Assembly: GCA_016204535.1 (NCBI GenBank)
Contig: JACQKL010000007.1
Coordinates: forward strand, 1-36,011
From: Candidatus Levyibacteriota bacterium
GTDB taxonomy: Bacteria > Patescibacteriota > Microgenomatia > Levybacterales > UBA12049
Direction of reading: 5' to 3'
Length of the DNA: 36,011 nucleotides
In this document: one piece after another, positions 8,429 through 17,182 of the stretch
Layout: each line of letters begins with the position of its first letter
Numbering within the stretch: position 1 is the first letter of the stretch
Program-made: the position numbers and the translations under genes
The notes under the pieces: generated by a model
What the model was told of the DNA's origin: nothing
Database searches by the model: none
Seen by the model: only the letters and a program-made list of their open reading frames with translations

Positions 8429-8739
8429 ATCTATATTTCATTATTCTAGTTGTTTTTATCTCTGTGATGTTAATTATTTATTTTTGCCTAAGTAAGCATA
8501 ATCTTGAAAAATTTTTCCCAAAACCAGAACTTGATATGGCTAGCATAGCAGGAGTAATATCTCAAATTATCAAAACTCATGCACAGATAATTATTGGATC
8601 ATTTGTAATCTTGGTTTTAACGGCTTTATTAATAGAAAATAAAATATCTTCAGAGGCTGCGATGCCGATTATCTCACTGATTACCGGTTACATTCTCGGT
8701 TCAGAGATAAATACATATAAAAATAAAGATAAGGGTTAA
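8425..8739 (+). CDS. Small membrane protein, hypothetical
   Basis: ATGA coupling with upstream gene; about three hydrophobic segments. Confidence 0.7.
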   Translation: MNLYFIILVVFISVMLIIYFCLSKHNLEKFFPKPELDMASIAGVISQIIKTHAQIIIGSFVILVLTALLIENKISSEAAMPIISLITGYILGSEINTYKNKDKG

Positions 8740-8862
8740 TCAATATGGGAAAATGCTAGGCAAGGGCGGGAGACGCTGATTTGATGTTTTTAACAAGCAT
8801 TTTCTACTTGATAATTTTTAAACGAAACATTATGATTAGCTTGGGATGGAAAGGCATATCTC

Positions 8863-10053
8863 ATGTTGAAGAAAATAATTAAATTTATTTCAAGTTTACT
8901 CATCTGGTATTTCATTGGTTCCTTGTTCTATTTAACAGCAATAGGAGTCAAGGTTTTAAATAGTTCTCTTCCTACATTTTTATTATTCATAACAATTTTT
9001 CTTGTTGTGTGGAGACTATTACGAAAGACCTTGCAAAAAATAAATATTGGCAACGATATTCGCATCAGAAGATTTTATAGCCGTTCTCGAACACTTCTTA
9101 CTGTAGGAGCAATACTTCTATTGATTTATCAACTTATAGTTTCCCCATTTATACTAAAACCGCAGAAGGTAACCGTTTCCTATGGTAGTTTAAAAAGCGG
9201 TACTTTATTGACTTTTGTATACCATAATGGATTCTCACGTATAAACAGAGCTGATATTATTATCTACTTTTCACCTAAAAACTCAGGAGACACAATTACT
9301 AGGGTTATTGGCATTCCGGGAGATAAGATTATATTAAAAGGTGGATTTGTATATCTAAACGGTAAATTTTTAAAGGAACCATATACGATTCAACCGAGAA
9401 AAACATGGACAGATTATTCAGGGGTTATAATAGGCAAAAATTGCGAGGAGATAATTGTACCCCAACGCAAATACTTTGTATTAAGTGACGATAGGGAATA
9501 TGGATTTAATTCTTTGGTTGAAGGATTCATTTCGGAAGACAAAATAACAGATTATTTGCCAGCTAAGCTCCTAAAAAATTTTATATTTAACCCTAACGAT
9601 TTGTTTAACAATAATAGAGATACATCCAAAGACATGGAGCTAGTAAAGGAGCCCATATTGGATACTCAAGATTATGTAAGGCTTATAAATATAAAACGGC
9701 AGGAAAATGGAGCTGAACCATTAAGGTACGACAAGAAGCTAGAGCGATCGGCAGATTTAAGGTTGCAGAATATGCTAAAGCTCGATGATCTTTCTTATGA
9801 AGCAACGAAGAGCGGATACGTAGCGTGGAAAGCTCTCGCTGATGTCGGATATAACGATAAAGCCTATTTATATTTAGAGCGAACTCTTGAGGCAAATTTT
9901 AACTCCAATTCATTATCCAATTTTTATTGGGAATTCGGAGATAGGGAAAACTTTCTTAGTAAAGAGTTGAAATATATAGGGGTAGTTTCTAAAATTGTTG
10001 ATATAGATAGTTGCCCAAAACAGGTTATTGTTCAGCATCTTCTCGGTCAGTAG
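8863..10053 (+). CDS. Membrane protein with degenerate signal peptidase I (S26) domain and C-terminal CAP domain
   Basis: RVIGIPGDKI..VYLNGKFLKEPY, VPQRKYFVLSDDR (S26-like); INIKRQENGAEPLRYDKKLERSA..YIGV (CAP-like); promoter TTGATA-17-TATGAT at 8808-8836. Confidence 0.8.
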   Translation: MLKKIIKFISSLLIWYFIGSLFYLTAIGVKVLNSSLPTFLLFITIFLVVWRLLRKTLQKINIGNDIRIRRFYSRSRTLLTVGAILLLIYQLIVSPFILKPQKVTVSYGSLKSGTLLTFVYHNGFSRINRADIIIYFSPKNSGDTITRVIGIPGDKIILKGGFVYLNGKFLKEPYTIQPRKTWTDYSGVIIGKNCEEIIVPQRKYFVLSDDREYGFNSLVEGFISEDKITDYLPAKLLKNFIFNPNDLFNNNRDTSKDMELVKEPILDTQDYVRLINIKRQENGAEPLRYDKKLERSADLRLQNMLKLDDLSYEATKSGYVAWKALADVGYNDKAYLYLERTLEANFNSNSLSNFYWEFGDRENFLSKELKYIGVVSKIVDIDSCPKQVIVQHLLGQ

Positions 10054-10151
10054 CTTATTCAAAGAGAGCATGTTCGATTACTTTGCTCTTTACCTCAAGA
10101 ATATATTCTCAAAGAGCCATTAGGAGATGCAGCTCTTAACTAGGGGTGGGG

Positions 10152-10180
10152 TTGACAAGAATTAGTTTCCAAAGTATGCT
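10152..10180 (+). promoter_or_regulatory. Sigma70-type promoter
   Basis: TTGACA-17bp-TATGCT. Confidence 0.6.
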
Positions 10181-10218
10181 ACTGTTGACAAAAGAATTTT
10201 ATGGAGGAAGGACGAAGC

Positions 10219-10368
10219 ATGAATTGCAGACATCAATATCTTGTTGAGAAAATTAAGGACATGCCAAATGTTGACTTTCATCATGCATGTGATGGAGATC
10301 TTTCAAAAAGGTGGAAAACTTCTATGTGTAAATTGTGTGGACATATAAAAACCGAACCAATTTTTTAG
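10219..10368 (+). CDS. 49-aa putative zinc-binding protein (not in ORF track)
   Basis: MNCRHQY...SMCKLCGHIKTEPIF*, CxH...CxxC; upstream promoter and GGAGG at 10203-10207. Confidence 0.55.
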   Translation: MNCRHQYLVEKIKDMPNVDFHHACDGDLSKRWKTSMCKLCGHIKTEPIF

Positions 10369-10465
10369 ATATTATCATCTTTTTTTTTGAAGAAATAATA
10401 CTATGAATATTTTTGTGGAGAGGAAAAATTGTGTTTATCCTGAAGACTTGAAGTAAAATACGCTT

Positions 10466-11089
10466 ATGGAAACAACCGCCTCTGCTTTACTCGATCAAAT
10501 TAACCTAAGTTTAAAGCCTCTTGGGAATTTAAATAAACCATTCTATTTTGACCCCAATTTTCTTGGAGCAATGCTCGCGTCAGTTGCCGCTTTGGGTATA
10601 GCTATATTTAGCGAACAACTTAGAGGCCTATGGAGAAAAACAAATCTTACAGTGCAGAGAATACTTCCAAATGAACAAGGAAATGGGAATTCTATCCACT
10701 ACAGACTTTTAATAGTAAATAAAGGTAGCTATCCAGCAAAAGATGTAGAGGTGTATGTAGATAAGATCTACGAAAATAATAGAGAAAGGAGGAATTTCCT
10801 GCCAGTTCCTTTAAGATGGGCTCACGCCCGAGCCTATATGACTGCCGGAGTCTATAGAAATATACATCCTAATCAATCTGTCTTACTTGATTTTTGTGAA
10901 CTTATTAAGAGCAATAATCTGCTTAAATTAAGTCTAGCTGCGGGAGATGAAGTTCCAGATTATTGCATACTGCATGGTGGAGACACAAAGGTAGCAATAA
11001 AGATATATCAGGAAGATGGAAAGACAATTACGACAAAATTCAAAATCTCGTGGCAAACTAATTTTAATATACAGATTTCCGTGATTTGA
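10466..11089 (+). CDS. Hypothetical protein with N-terminal TM helix and beta-rich domain
   Basis: 207-aa ORF; -10 TAAAAT 6 nt before ATG. Confidence 0.7.
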   Translation: METTASALLDQINLSLKPLGNLNKPFYFDPNFLGAMLASVAALGIAIFSEQLRGLWRKTNLTVQRILPNEQGNGNSIHYRLLIVNKGSYPAKDVEVYVDKIYENNRERRNFLPVPLRWAHARAYMTAGVYRNIHPNQSVLLDFCELIKSNNLLKLSLAAGDEVPDYCILHGGDTKVAIKIYQEDGKTITTKFKISWQTNFNIQISVI

Positions 11090-11138
11090 TATAGAAAAAC
11101 TCAGTTGAAATCTTCCATAAAGCTGCTACACTAAAAAC

Positions 11139-11327
11139 GTGATCAAACTTTCCTTTCGGCTTTTTAATGGCCGTTTTGAACAGATCCGAATGGATTTGAG
11201 CACACCAGAACGGCCATTTGAATTTTTGGAAAAATTTTTGCGTTTTTTCTCGCCGACAGTTTTTGAGCGAGGCTCAAGGCCGAGCAATATAAGTAATAGG
11301 AGCGAACGAAGTGAGCGACTACAATGA
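11139..11327 (+). CDS. Small leaderless ORF upstream of recombinase, running into the inverted attP copy
   Basis: TTGAAA(11105-11110)..TGcTACACT(11124-11132), GTG 6 nt later; 62 aa. Confidence 0.45.
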   Translation: MIKLSFRLFNGRFEQIRMDLSTPERPFEFLEKFLRFFSPTVFERGSRPSNISNRSERSERLQ

Positions 11328-11465
11328 TAATACGAAAGCGGTCCGAACTTTTTCGTAAAGGAGCTCAGAATGGGACTTTCCCAAAGCCAAGGTTTTGAGG
11401 CTGGGGGAAGAAAACCCCGAATAAAGCTCCGCAAAGCCTAAATTGTAGGCGGGGAAAAGTTGCCG
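11266..11465 (-). repeat. Internal inverted copy of the reconstituted attP junction
   Basis: Reverse complement reads [12908-13010] joined through the shared GAGC to [6768-6868]: ...GTCCCATTCT-GAGC-TCCTTTACG... Confidence 0.95.
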
Positions 11466-11510
11466 GTTAAAAGAGAAAAAAAACGCAAAAATTGGGGAAA
11501 TAAGACTGCC

Positions 11511-13072
11511 ATGAAATATATAGCGTACTGTAGGAAATCAACAGACGAAAAGGACAGGCAAATTCTCTCGATAGAAGCTCAAATAGCAGAGCTAACTGAA
11601 TTTGCCAAACGAGAGGGCTTGGAAATCTCGGAATTTATCACGGAAGCCAAGACAGCCAAGATTCCCGGCCGTGAACAATTTGACAGGCTTTTAATGCTGC
11701 TTGAGAAAGGAAAAGCTCAAGGAATTATCTCCTGGCACCCGGATCGTCTGGCAAGAAATTCCATAGATGGCGGAAAGATCATTTATTTACTTGATACAGG
11801 CAAACTTTTTGACCTGAAATTCCCCTCCCATTGGTTTGAAAATACCCCGCAGGGGAAATTTATGCTTAGCATTGCCTTTAGTCAATCCAAATACTACATA
11901 GACAATTTAAGCGAGAATGTTAAAAGAGGTTTAAGAAGAAATTAAGAAATGGCGTATTACCTTCTAAGGCTCCATGGGGATACAAAAATAATGAGGAGTT
12001 TGGGACTATTGAAATTGACGAAGTAAAATCAAAAATCCTTAAGAAAGCCTTTGAATTGTTTGCTAACGGAAATAAATCATTTACCGACATCTCAATCTAT
12101 CTTTTTAAAAATGGTTTTACTGACAAGTATGGAAGACAACTAAAGATAGACAGGCTTAAAAATGCTTTAAGCAACAAATTCTATATCGGGATCATCTATT
12201 ACGGGGGAGAATATTATGAGGGAAAGCATAAATTATTTATTTCGAAAACATTATTTGATCAGGTACAAAAACAGTTCAAGCTTAGGGAAAGAGCCAGGCC
12301 CAATAACAAACACCATTTATCCTTCTTGGGGCTCATGAAATGCGGAGAATGTAAGGCTTCAATTACGGGAGAGATGAAAACTAAATTTTACAAAGGAACG
12401 CAAAGAAAAGCTGAATATATTTACTATGGTTGTACTAAAAAATTGAAAAACTGTTTGCAGAAACCAATTCCCGAACCGGAATTGGAATTGCAGATAACAA
12501 AAGCCATTAGCGATGTGGCTTTGCCCGAAGAATGGGCTGATGATTGGCATAAATGGCTCAAAGGAGACGAATTACAGGAAAAGCAGTTAAAAGAAGAAAA
12601 TTTACAAAACCTAGATGAGGAAATTAAAGCACTGGACCAAAAATTAAATTTTCTTCTAGACAGCTACTTGGACAACGTGATTGACGCCGATATTTACAAG
12701 AAAAAGAAGAATGAATTATTCGAAGAAAAGTTAAGAAAACAGGAAGAAATTACCAAATTTCAGGCAAACGGTTCCGGTTGGCTCGGACCTTTCAGGGAAT
12801 TCATAGATAGCGCCATGCGGTGCGAAAAAATCGCGCGTGCAAAAAATACTAATGAAGAATTGGCATTCTTCGCAAAAACTGTCGGCTCGGACTTCTTTTT
12901 AACTGATCGGCAACTTTTCCCCGCCTACAATTTAGGCTTTGCGGAGCTTTATTCGGGGTTTTCTTCCCCCAGCCTCAAAACCTTGGCTTTGGGAAAGTCC
13001 CATTCTGAGCGGGATACGAGAATCGAACTCGCTTCTCTACCTTGGGAAGGTAGCATACTACCAGTGTACTAA
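11511..13072 (+). pseudogene. Large serine recombinase (catalytic, recombinase, zinc-ribbon and coiled-coil domains) split by a 1-nt frameshift near 11935-11945
   Basis: MKYIAYCRKS (catalytic Ser), DRLARN, LSENVKRG; second frame continues KLRNGVLPSKAPWGYKN..., CGEC...YYGC...C. Confidence 0.88.
12908..13010 (+). repeat. Right end arm; perfect inverted repeat of 11363-11465
   Basis: 103/103 identity by manual alignment; lies inside recombinase coding sequence. Confidence 0.95.
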
Positions 13073-13078
13073 TCCCGC
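13008..13078 (-). tRNA. tRNA-Gly(CCC)
   Basis: GCGGGAT acceptor stem, CTACC-TTCCCAA-GGTAG anticodon arm, GTTCGATT T-loop, U discriminator. Confidence 0.95.
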
Positions 13079-13100
13079 AATAATATTATTTTATCATAAC

Positions 13101-13685
13101 TTACCGCGGGAGTTTGAGGACGTTTCCTGAGAAAATAAGGTCGGGATTTGAGAGATTATTTACTTTTGCAAGCTCAACCCATTTATAACCATCACCATAT
13201 GCTCTAACCGAGATATCCCATAAATTATCACCACTTTTGACCGTATATGAACTTCCTGTAATTGAACTCTTTTCAGTTACTTGTGTCGGTACTGTAGGAG
13301 TCGGTTCCGATTTTTGCGTAATGGTTGGAATTGTTAATTTATTTCCGGAATGGATTATATCGGGATTTTGCAACTTATTTGCTCTTGCTAATTCTGTCCA
13401 TTTATATCCATCTTTATAAACGTTCTCAGAAATAGTCCACAGATCGTCACCAGGTTTTACTGTATAAGTTGATGAAGTCTTTGATTCATTAGATTCTTGT
13501 TTTTCAAGATTTGATTCTTCTTTGGTAGAACTCGTTTGTGTGTTTTTAGCATTTCTTACAAAAGAAATAAATAAAATCCCTGCAACCAAGACAACTATCG
13601 CTCCTAAAATAAGACTTGTATAAGATTCTGTAAGTTTAAAATAGCTAAAAATTCCGCTTCTTGCTTTTCTATTTTGTTTTGCCAT
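13101..13685 (-). CDS. Membrane-anchored protein with two LysM domains
   Basis: TM helix; YTVKPGDDLWTISE..IHSGNKLTIP and YTVKSGDNLWDIS..IFSGNVLKLP. Confidence 0.92.
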   Translation of the reverse strand: MAKQNRKARSGIFSYFKLTESYTSLILGAIVVLVAGILFISFVRNAKNTQTSSTKEESNLEKQESNESKTSSTYTVKPGDDLWTISENVYKDGYKWTELARANKLQNPDIIHSGNKLTIPTITQKSEPTPTVPTQVTEKSSITGSSYTVKSGDNLWDISVRAYGDGYKWVELAKVNNLSNPDLIFSGNVLKLPR

Positions 13686-13749
13686 ACATTTTAAGATATA
13701 AATTTGTGGGCAGAATTTTCTATGGGGCAGAAGTAAATCGACTTACTAG

Positions 13750-13823
13750 CGGGGTGAACGGGACTCGAACCCGCGGCCTCTTCCGTGACAGGGAAGCGCT
13801 CTAGCCAACTGAGCTACCACCCC
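13750..13823 (-). tRNA. tRNA-Asp(GTC)
   Basis: GGGGTGG TAGCTCAGTTGGCTAGAGC, CT-GTC-AC anticodon loop, GGTTCGAGTCC. Confidence 0.95.
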
Positions 13824-13896
13824 TCCCGTTTTTTAAGTTACTGATAGCCTAGCACATAATTGAAGTCTAGTCAATACTTTGATATTATCACATAAA

Positions 13897-15666
13897 ATGA
13901 GCAATCAGCAAATAGCAAAACTATTTAGAAATGTAGTAGCAGCATATTCCATTAAAGATGAGAAAAAATTTCATTTTCAAATTTTGGCTTACCAAACTGC
14001 TGCGGAGACAATATTAAATACGACAGAGGAAATAAAAGATTTATACAAAGAGGGGAAATTAATTTCTCTTCCAGGCATTGGAGAGACAATTAAAGGTAGA
14101 ATCGAAGAGTTGTTTAAAAAAGACCATGTAGCTCATTTTGACTGGGTTTTAAAAGGAATACCAAAATCCGTTTTTGTCCTGATTGAGATACCAACTATTG
14201 GGCCCAAAAAAGCTTACAAATTAGTTAAAGAATTTTCCCTAGAAAATCCAGATGAGGTAATAGAAAAGTTAATTTTCAAAGCTAAAAACGGAGAAATAGC
14301 TAAAATCCCGTCTTTCGGAGAAAAGTCTGAACAAGACATTTTAAGAGCACTTTTGGAATACAAAACTGGTAAAAACAAGACTGCAAGAATGGTTCTTCCT
14401 TATGCGGCTGAAATAGCGGAAAGAATAATTGCCTATCTTAAAAAGAGTTCTGTCATAGCTGAAGCCGTGGTACTTGGTAGTCTCAGACGTATGATGCCAA
14501 CAGTTGGAGACATCGATGTTGCAGTGGCTACTAATGAGCCTGAAAAGGCAATCCAATATTTTGTTTCTTACCCTTATAAAGATAGAATTGTCGAAAAAGG
14601 CCCCCGGACAGCTTCTATACTTACTTCCGGGGGTAAGCAAATAGATTTAATGGTTCAACCGACCGAAGGTTTTGGTGCTCTATTACAACATTTTACTGGA
14701 AGTAAAGCGCATAACGTACACCTAAGAGAATTTGCTCTCAAAAAAGGCCTTTCTTTATCAGAAAAAGGCATTAAAAACCTAAAGGGAAAAGGCCAAAAAC
14801 TCAAAACTTATGATAGTGAAGAAAAATTTTACAGTGCGCTTGGATTAAGCTGGATTCCTCCAGAAATAAGAGAAGATACTGGCGAGATTGAGCTCGCAGA
14901 GCAACAAAACCTTCCTCAATTAGTTGAGCTTTCAGATATAAAAGGCGATTTGCATCTTCATTCCGACTTTCCGATTGAGCCAAGCCACGATCTTGGACAT
15001 AATTCTTTAAATGAAATGGCTGAATACGCTAAAAAATTAAACTATGAGTATGTTGGTTTTTCAGAACATAACCCTAGTATTTCAAAACATTCAAAAAATG
15101 ATATTTATTTTTTAATTGCAAGAAGAAATAATCTAATTGAACAAATTATTTCGAGTAATAAAGGTATACGAATACTTAAGCTACTCGAAATAGACATCTT
15201 AACCGATGGATCCCTTGCTATCAATAATAATTCTTTAGATTTACTCGATGGCGCGATTGTTTCAATTCATAGTTCTTTTAATACAGACAAAAACGAAATG
15301 ACTAAAAGGGTAATCGAAGGACTCTCCCATCCAAAAGCTAAAATACTCGCTCACCCAACTGGTAGACTTCTTAATAAACGACCAGGTTACAATCTTGATT
15401 TCGAAAAATTATTTGATTTTTGCAAAAAAAATAACAAAGCACTTGAAATTAACAGTTGGCCTCTGAGACTTGATTTGCCTGATTCATTAATCAGACAAGC
15501 TGTAAAATATAAGATCAAGATGGTAATTAATACCGACAGTCATTCATTATCGGAAATGAACTTAATGAAATATGGGGTAGCAATGGCTAGAAGAGGCTGG
15601 GCGGAAAAATGTGATATAATAAATACGTTGCCATACGAAAAACTCTTGGATTGGTTTAAAAAGTAA
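13897..15666 (+). CDS. polX: DNA polymerase X family / PHP domain protein
   Basis: HhH LPGIGE, GSLRR..GDIDV, HFTGSKAHN, GDLHLHS, AHPTGRL, NTDSH; promoter TTGAAG-17-TATTAT supports ATG at 13897. Confidence 0.93.
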   Translation: MSNQQIAKLFRNVVAAYSIKDEKKFHFQILAYQTAAETILNTTEEIKDLYKEGKLISLPGIGETIKGRIEELFKKDHVAHFDWVLKGIPKSVFVLIEIPTIGPKKAYKLVKEFSLENPDEVIEKLIFKAKNGEIAKIPSFGEKSEQDILRALLEYKTGKNKTARMVLPYAAEIAERIIAYLKKSSVIAEAVVLGSLRRMMPTVGDIDVAVATNEPEKAIQYFVSYPYKDRIVEKGPRTASILTSGGKQIDLMVQPTEGFGALLQHFTGSKAHNVHLREFALKKGLSLSEKGIKNLKGKGQKLKTYDSEEKFYSALGLSWIPPEIREDTGEIELAEQQNLPQLVELSDIKGDLHLHSDFPIEPSHDLGHNSLNEMAEYAKKLNYEYVGFSEHNPSISKHSKNDIYFLIARRNNLIEQIISSNKGIRILKLLEIDILTDGSLAINNNSLDLLDGAIVSIHSSFNTDKNEMTKRVIEGLSHPKAKILAHPTGRLLNKRPGYNLDFEKLFDFCKKNNKALEINSWPLRLDLPDSLIRQAVKYKIKMVINTDSHSLSEMNLMKYGVAMARRGWAEKCDIINTLPYEKLLDWFKK

Positions 15667-15691
15667 CGAAATAAAGGAGGTGAAATAAGTT

Positions 15692-16246
15692 ATGTCTACG
15701 GAAATAATTATAATACTTATAATTTTAGGAATTATAACCTTCTATGTGCTATCCGTATATAACTCTTTGGCTACTGGAAAAGTACGCATCAAAGAGTCGT
15801 TTAGCGGAATAGACGTGCAATTAAAAAGAAGGGTAGACTTAGTTCCTAATCTAATAGAGGCTGTTAAAGGATACGCCAAGCATGAAAAGGAGCTGTTGGA
15901 AAATGTTACTAAAGCAAGATCTTCCCTAATGCATGCAAGTACTACTCAACAAAAAGCAGAATCTGATAATATGCTTTCTCAGGCATTAAAAAGTTTGATA
16001 GCGATTTCCGAAAGCTATCCCGATCTTAAAGCAAGTAAAAATTTTCTAGAACTGCAAGCGGAACTTTCTGATATTGAGGCAAAAATTGCCTATGCCAGAC
16101 AATTTTACAATTCAAATGTAAGAGGATTTAACACAACACTTGCGAATTTTCCAAGCGGAACGTTGGGTAAAATGTTTGGTTTTAAAGAAGAAGAATTTTT
16201 TGAAACTAAGGGAAGCGAAAGGGAACCTGTTAAGGTATCCTTTTAA
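15692..16246 (+). CDS. lemA: LemA family protein
   Basis: IDVQLKRRVDLVPNL, ESYPDLKASKNF, ARQFYN; AAGGAGGTG SD. Confidence 0.95.
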   Translation: MSTEIIIILIILGIITFYVLSVYNSLATGKVRIKESFSGIDVQLKRRVDLVPNLIEAVKGYAKHEKELLENVTKARSSLMHASTTQQKAESDNMLSQALKSLIAISESYPDLKASKNFLELQAELSDIEAKIAYARQFYNSNVRGFNTTLANFPSGTLGKMFGFKEEEFFETKGSEREPVKVSF

Positions 16247-16252
16247 AAATAT

Positions 16253-17152
16253 ATGAACATTTACTCTCAAATCTCAGCCAACAAAACAAAAACTTGGCTG
16301 ATAGTTATTTTGTTTGTGATATTTATTACTACTATCGTATTTATATACGGTAAGGCATCAGGGTATGGACTATCTTATGCTGGAATAGGACTGATAATAT
16401 CAGGAATAATGGGTTTTACTAGCTATTATTATTCAGACAAGATGATCTTGGGAATGTCTCAAGCCAAACAGATCCAGAAATCGGATAATCCTCTGCTTTT
16501 TAGAACAGTTGAAAATTTGTGTATCGGAGCAGGAATTCCAATGCCTAAGATTTATATCATTGAAGATTCCGCTCCTAATGCATTTGCAACCGGTCGTGAC
16601 CCAAAGCATTCAGTCGTCTGTGCCACCACAGGAATTTTAGAAAAGCTGAATAAAGTCGAACTGGAAGGAGTTATTGCCCATGAGCTTTCCCACGTTCGAA
16701 ATTACGATATAAGATTAATGTCCATAGTCGTAATTTTGGTAGGTTTAGTTGCTCTTCTTGCAGATTTTTTCATGAGAAGCCTTTGGTATGGAGGAGGCCG
16801 AAGAGATAGAAATGACAGAAATAATACTCAAGGAATATTTTTATTGATTGGAATTGTTTTGGCTATACTTTCTCCACTTATTGCAACATTAATTCAGTTA
16901 GCGGTTTCCAGAAAAAGAGAGTTTTTGGCAGATGCATCCGGAGCATTGTTAACAAGATATCCTGAAGGTTTAGCCTCAGCTTTGGAAAAAATTGCTAAAG
17001 ATAAAGAACCTTTGGAGGTTGCCAACAATGCAACCGCACATCTATATATCGCTAACCCATTTAAAAATAAAATTTCAGGAAGTTGGTTTGCAAACCTTTT
17101 CAATACTCATCCCCCAATTGATGAGCGAATTAAAATCCTTAGATCAATGTAG
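16253..17152 (+). CDS. htpX: M48 zinc metalloprotease HtpX
   Basis: PNAFATG, AHELSH, SRKREFLAD, THPP. Confidence 0.95.
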   Translation: MNIYSQISANKTKTWLIVILFVIFITTIVFIYGKASGYGLSYAGIGLIISGIMGFTSYYYSDKMILGMSQAKQIQKSDNPLLFRTVENLCIGAGIPMPKIYIIEDSAPNAFATGRDPKHSVVCATTGILEKLNKVELEGVIAHELSHVRNYDIRLMSIVVILVGLVALLADFFMRSLWYGGGRRDRNDRNNTQGIFLLIGIVLAILSPLIATLIQLAVSRKREFLADASGALLTRYPEGLASALEKIAKDKEPLEVANNATAHLYIANPFKNKISGSWFANLFNTHPPIDERIKILRSM

Positions 17153-17182
17153 TCCTCACTACCAATACTATATAATGTATTC

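Larger units (their letters stand above)
6768..13010. mobile_element. Integrative element with large serine recombinase, inserted in the 3' end of tRNA-Gly
   Basis: GAGC core at both ends (6768-6771, 13007-13010); removing the element restores tRNA-Gly ending CCCGCT-CCA; joining the ends gives a junction that is present internally in inverted form at 11266-11465. Confidence 0.9.

Noticed and set aside
11363-13010. Recombinase flanked by inverted repeats read as an IS or simple invertible cassette
   Set aside because: The internal repeat continues seamlessly into a copy of the far left end, so it is a whole attP junction; no target duplication or DDE transposase
11266-13010. DGR template/variable repeat pair
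   Set aside because: Repeats are inverted, one arm is identical, mismatches are not consistently at adenines, and there is no reverse transcriptase in the window
11126-13130. Two ORFs with identical N-termini (MRSFIRGFLPPASKPWLWESPILS; 11126-11434 minus, 12939-13130 plus)
   Set aside because: By-product of the inverted DNA repeat; one overlaps the recombinase and tRNA
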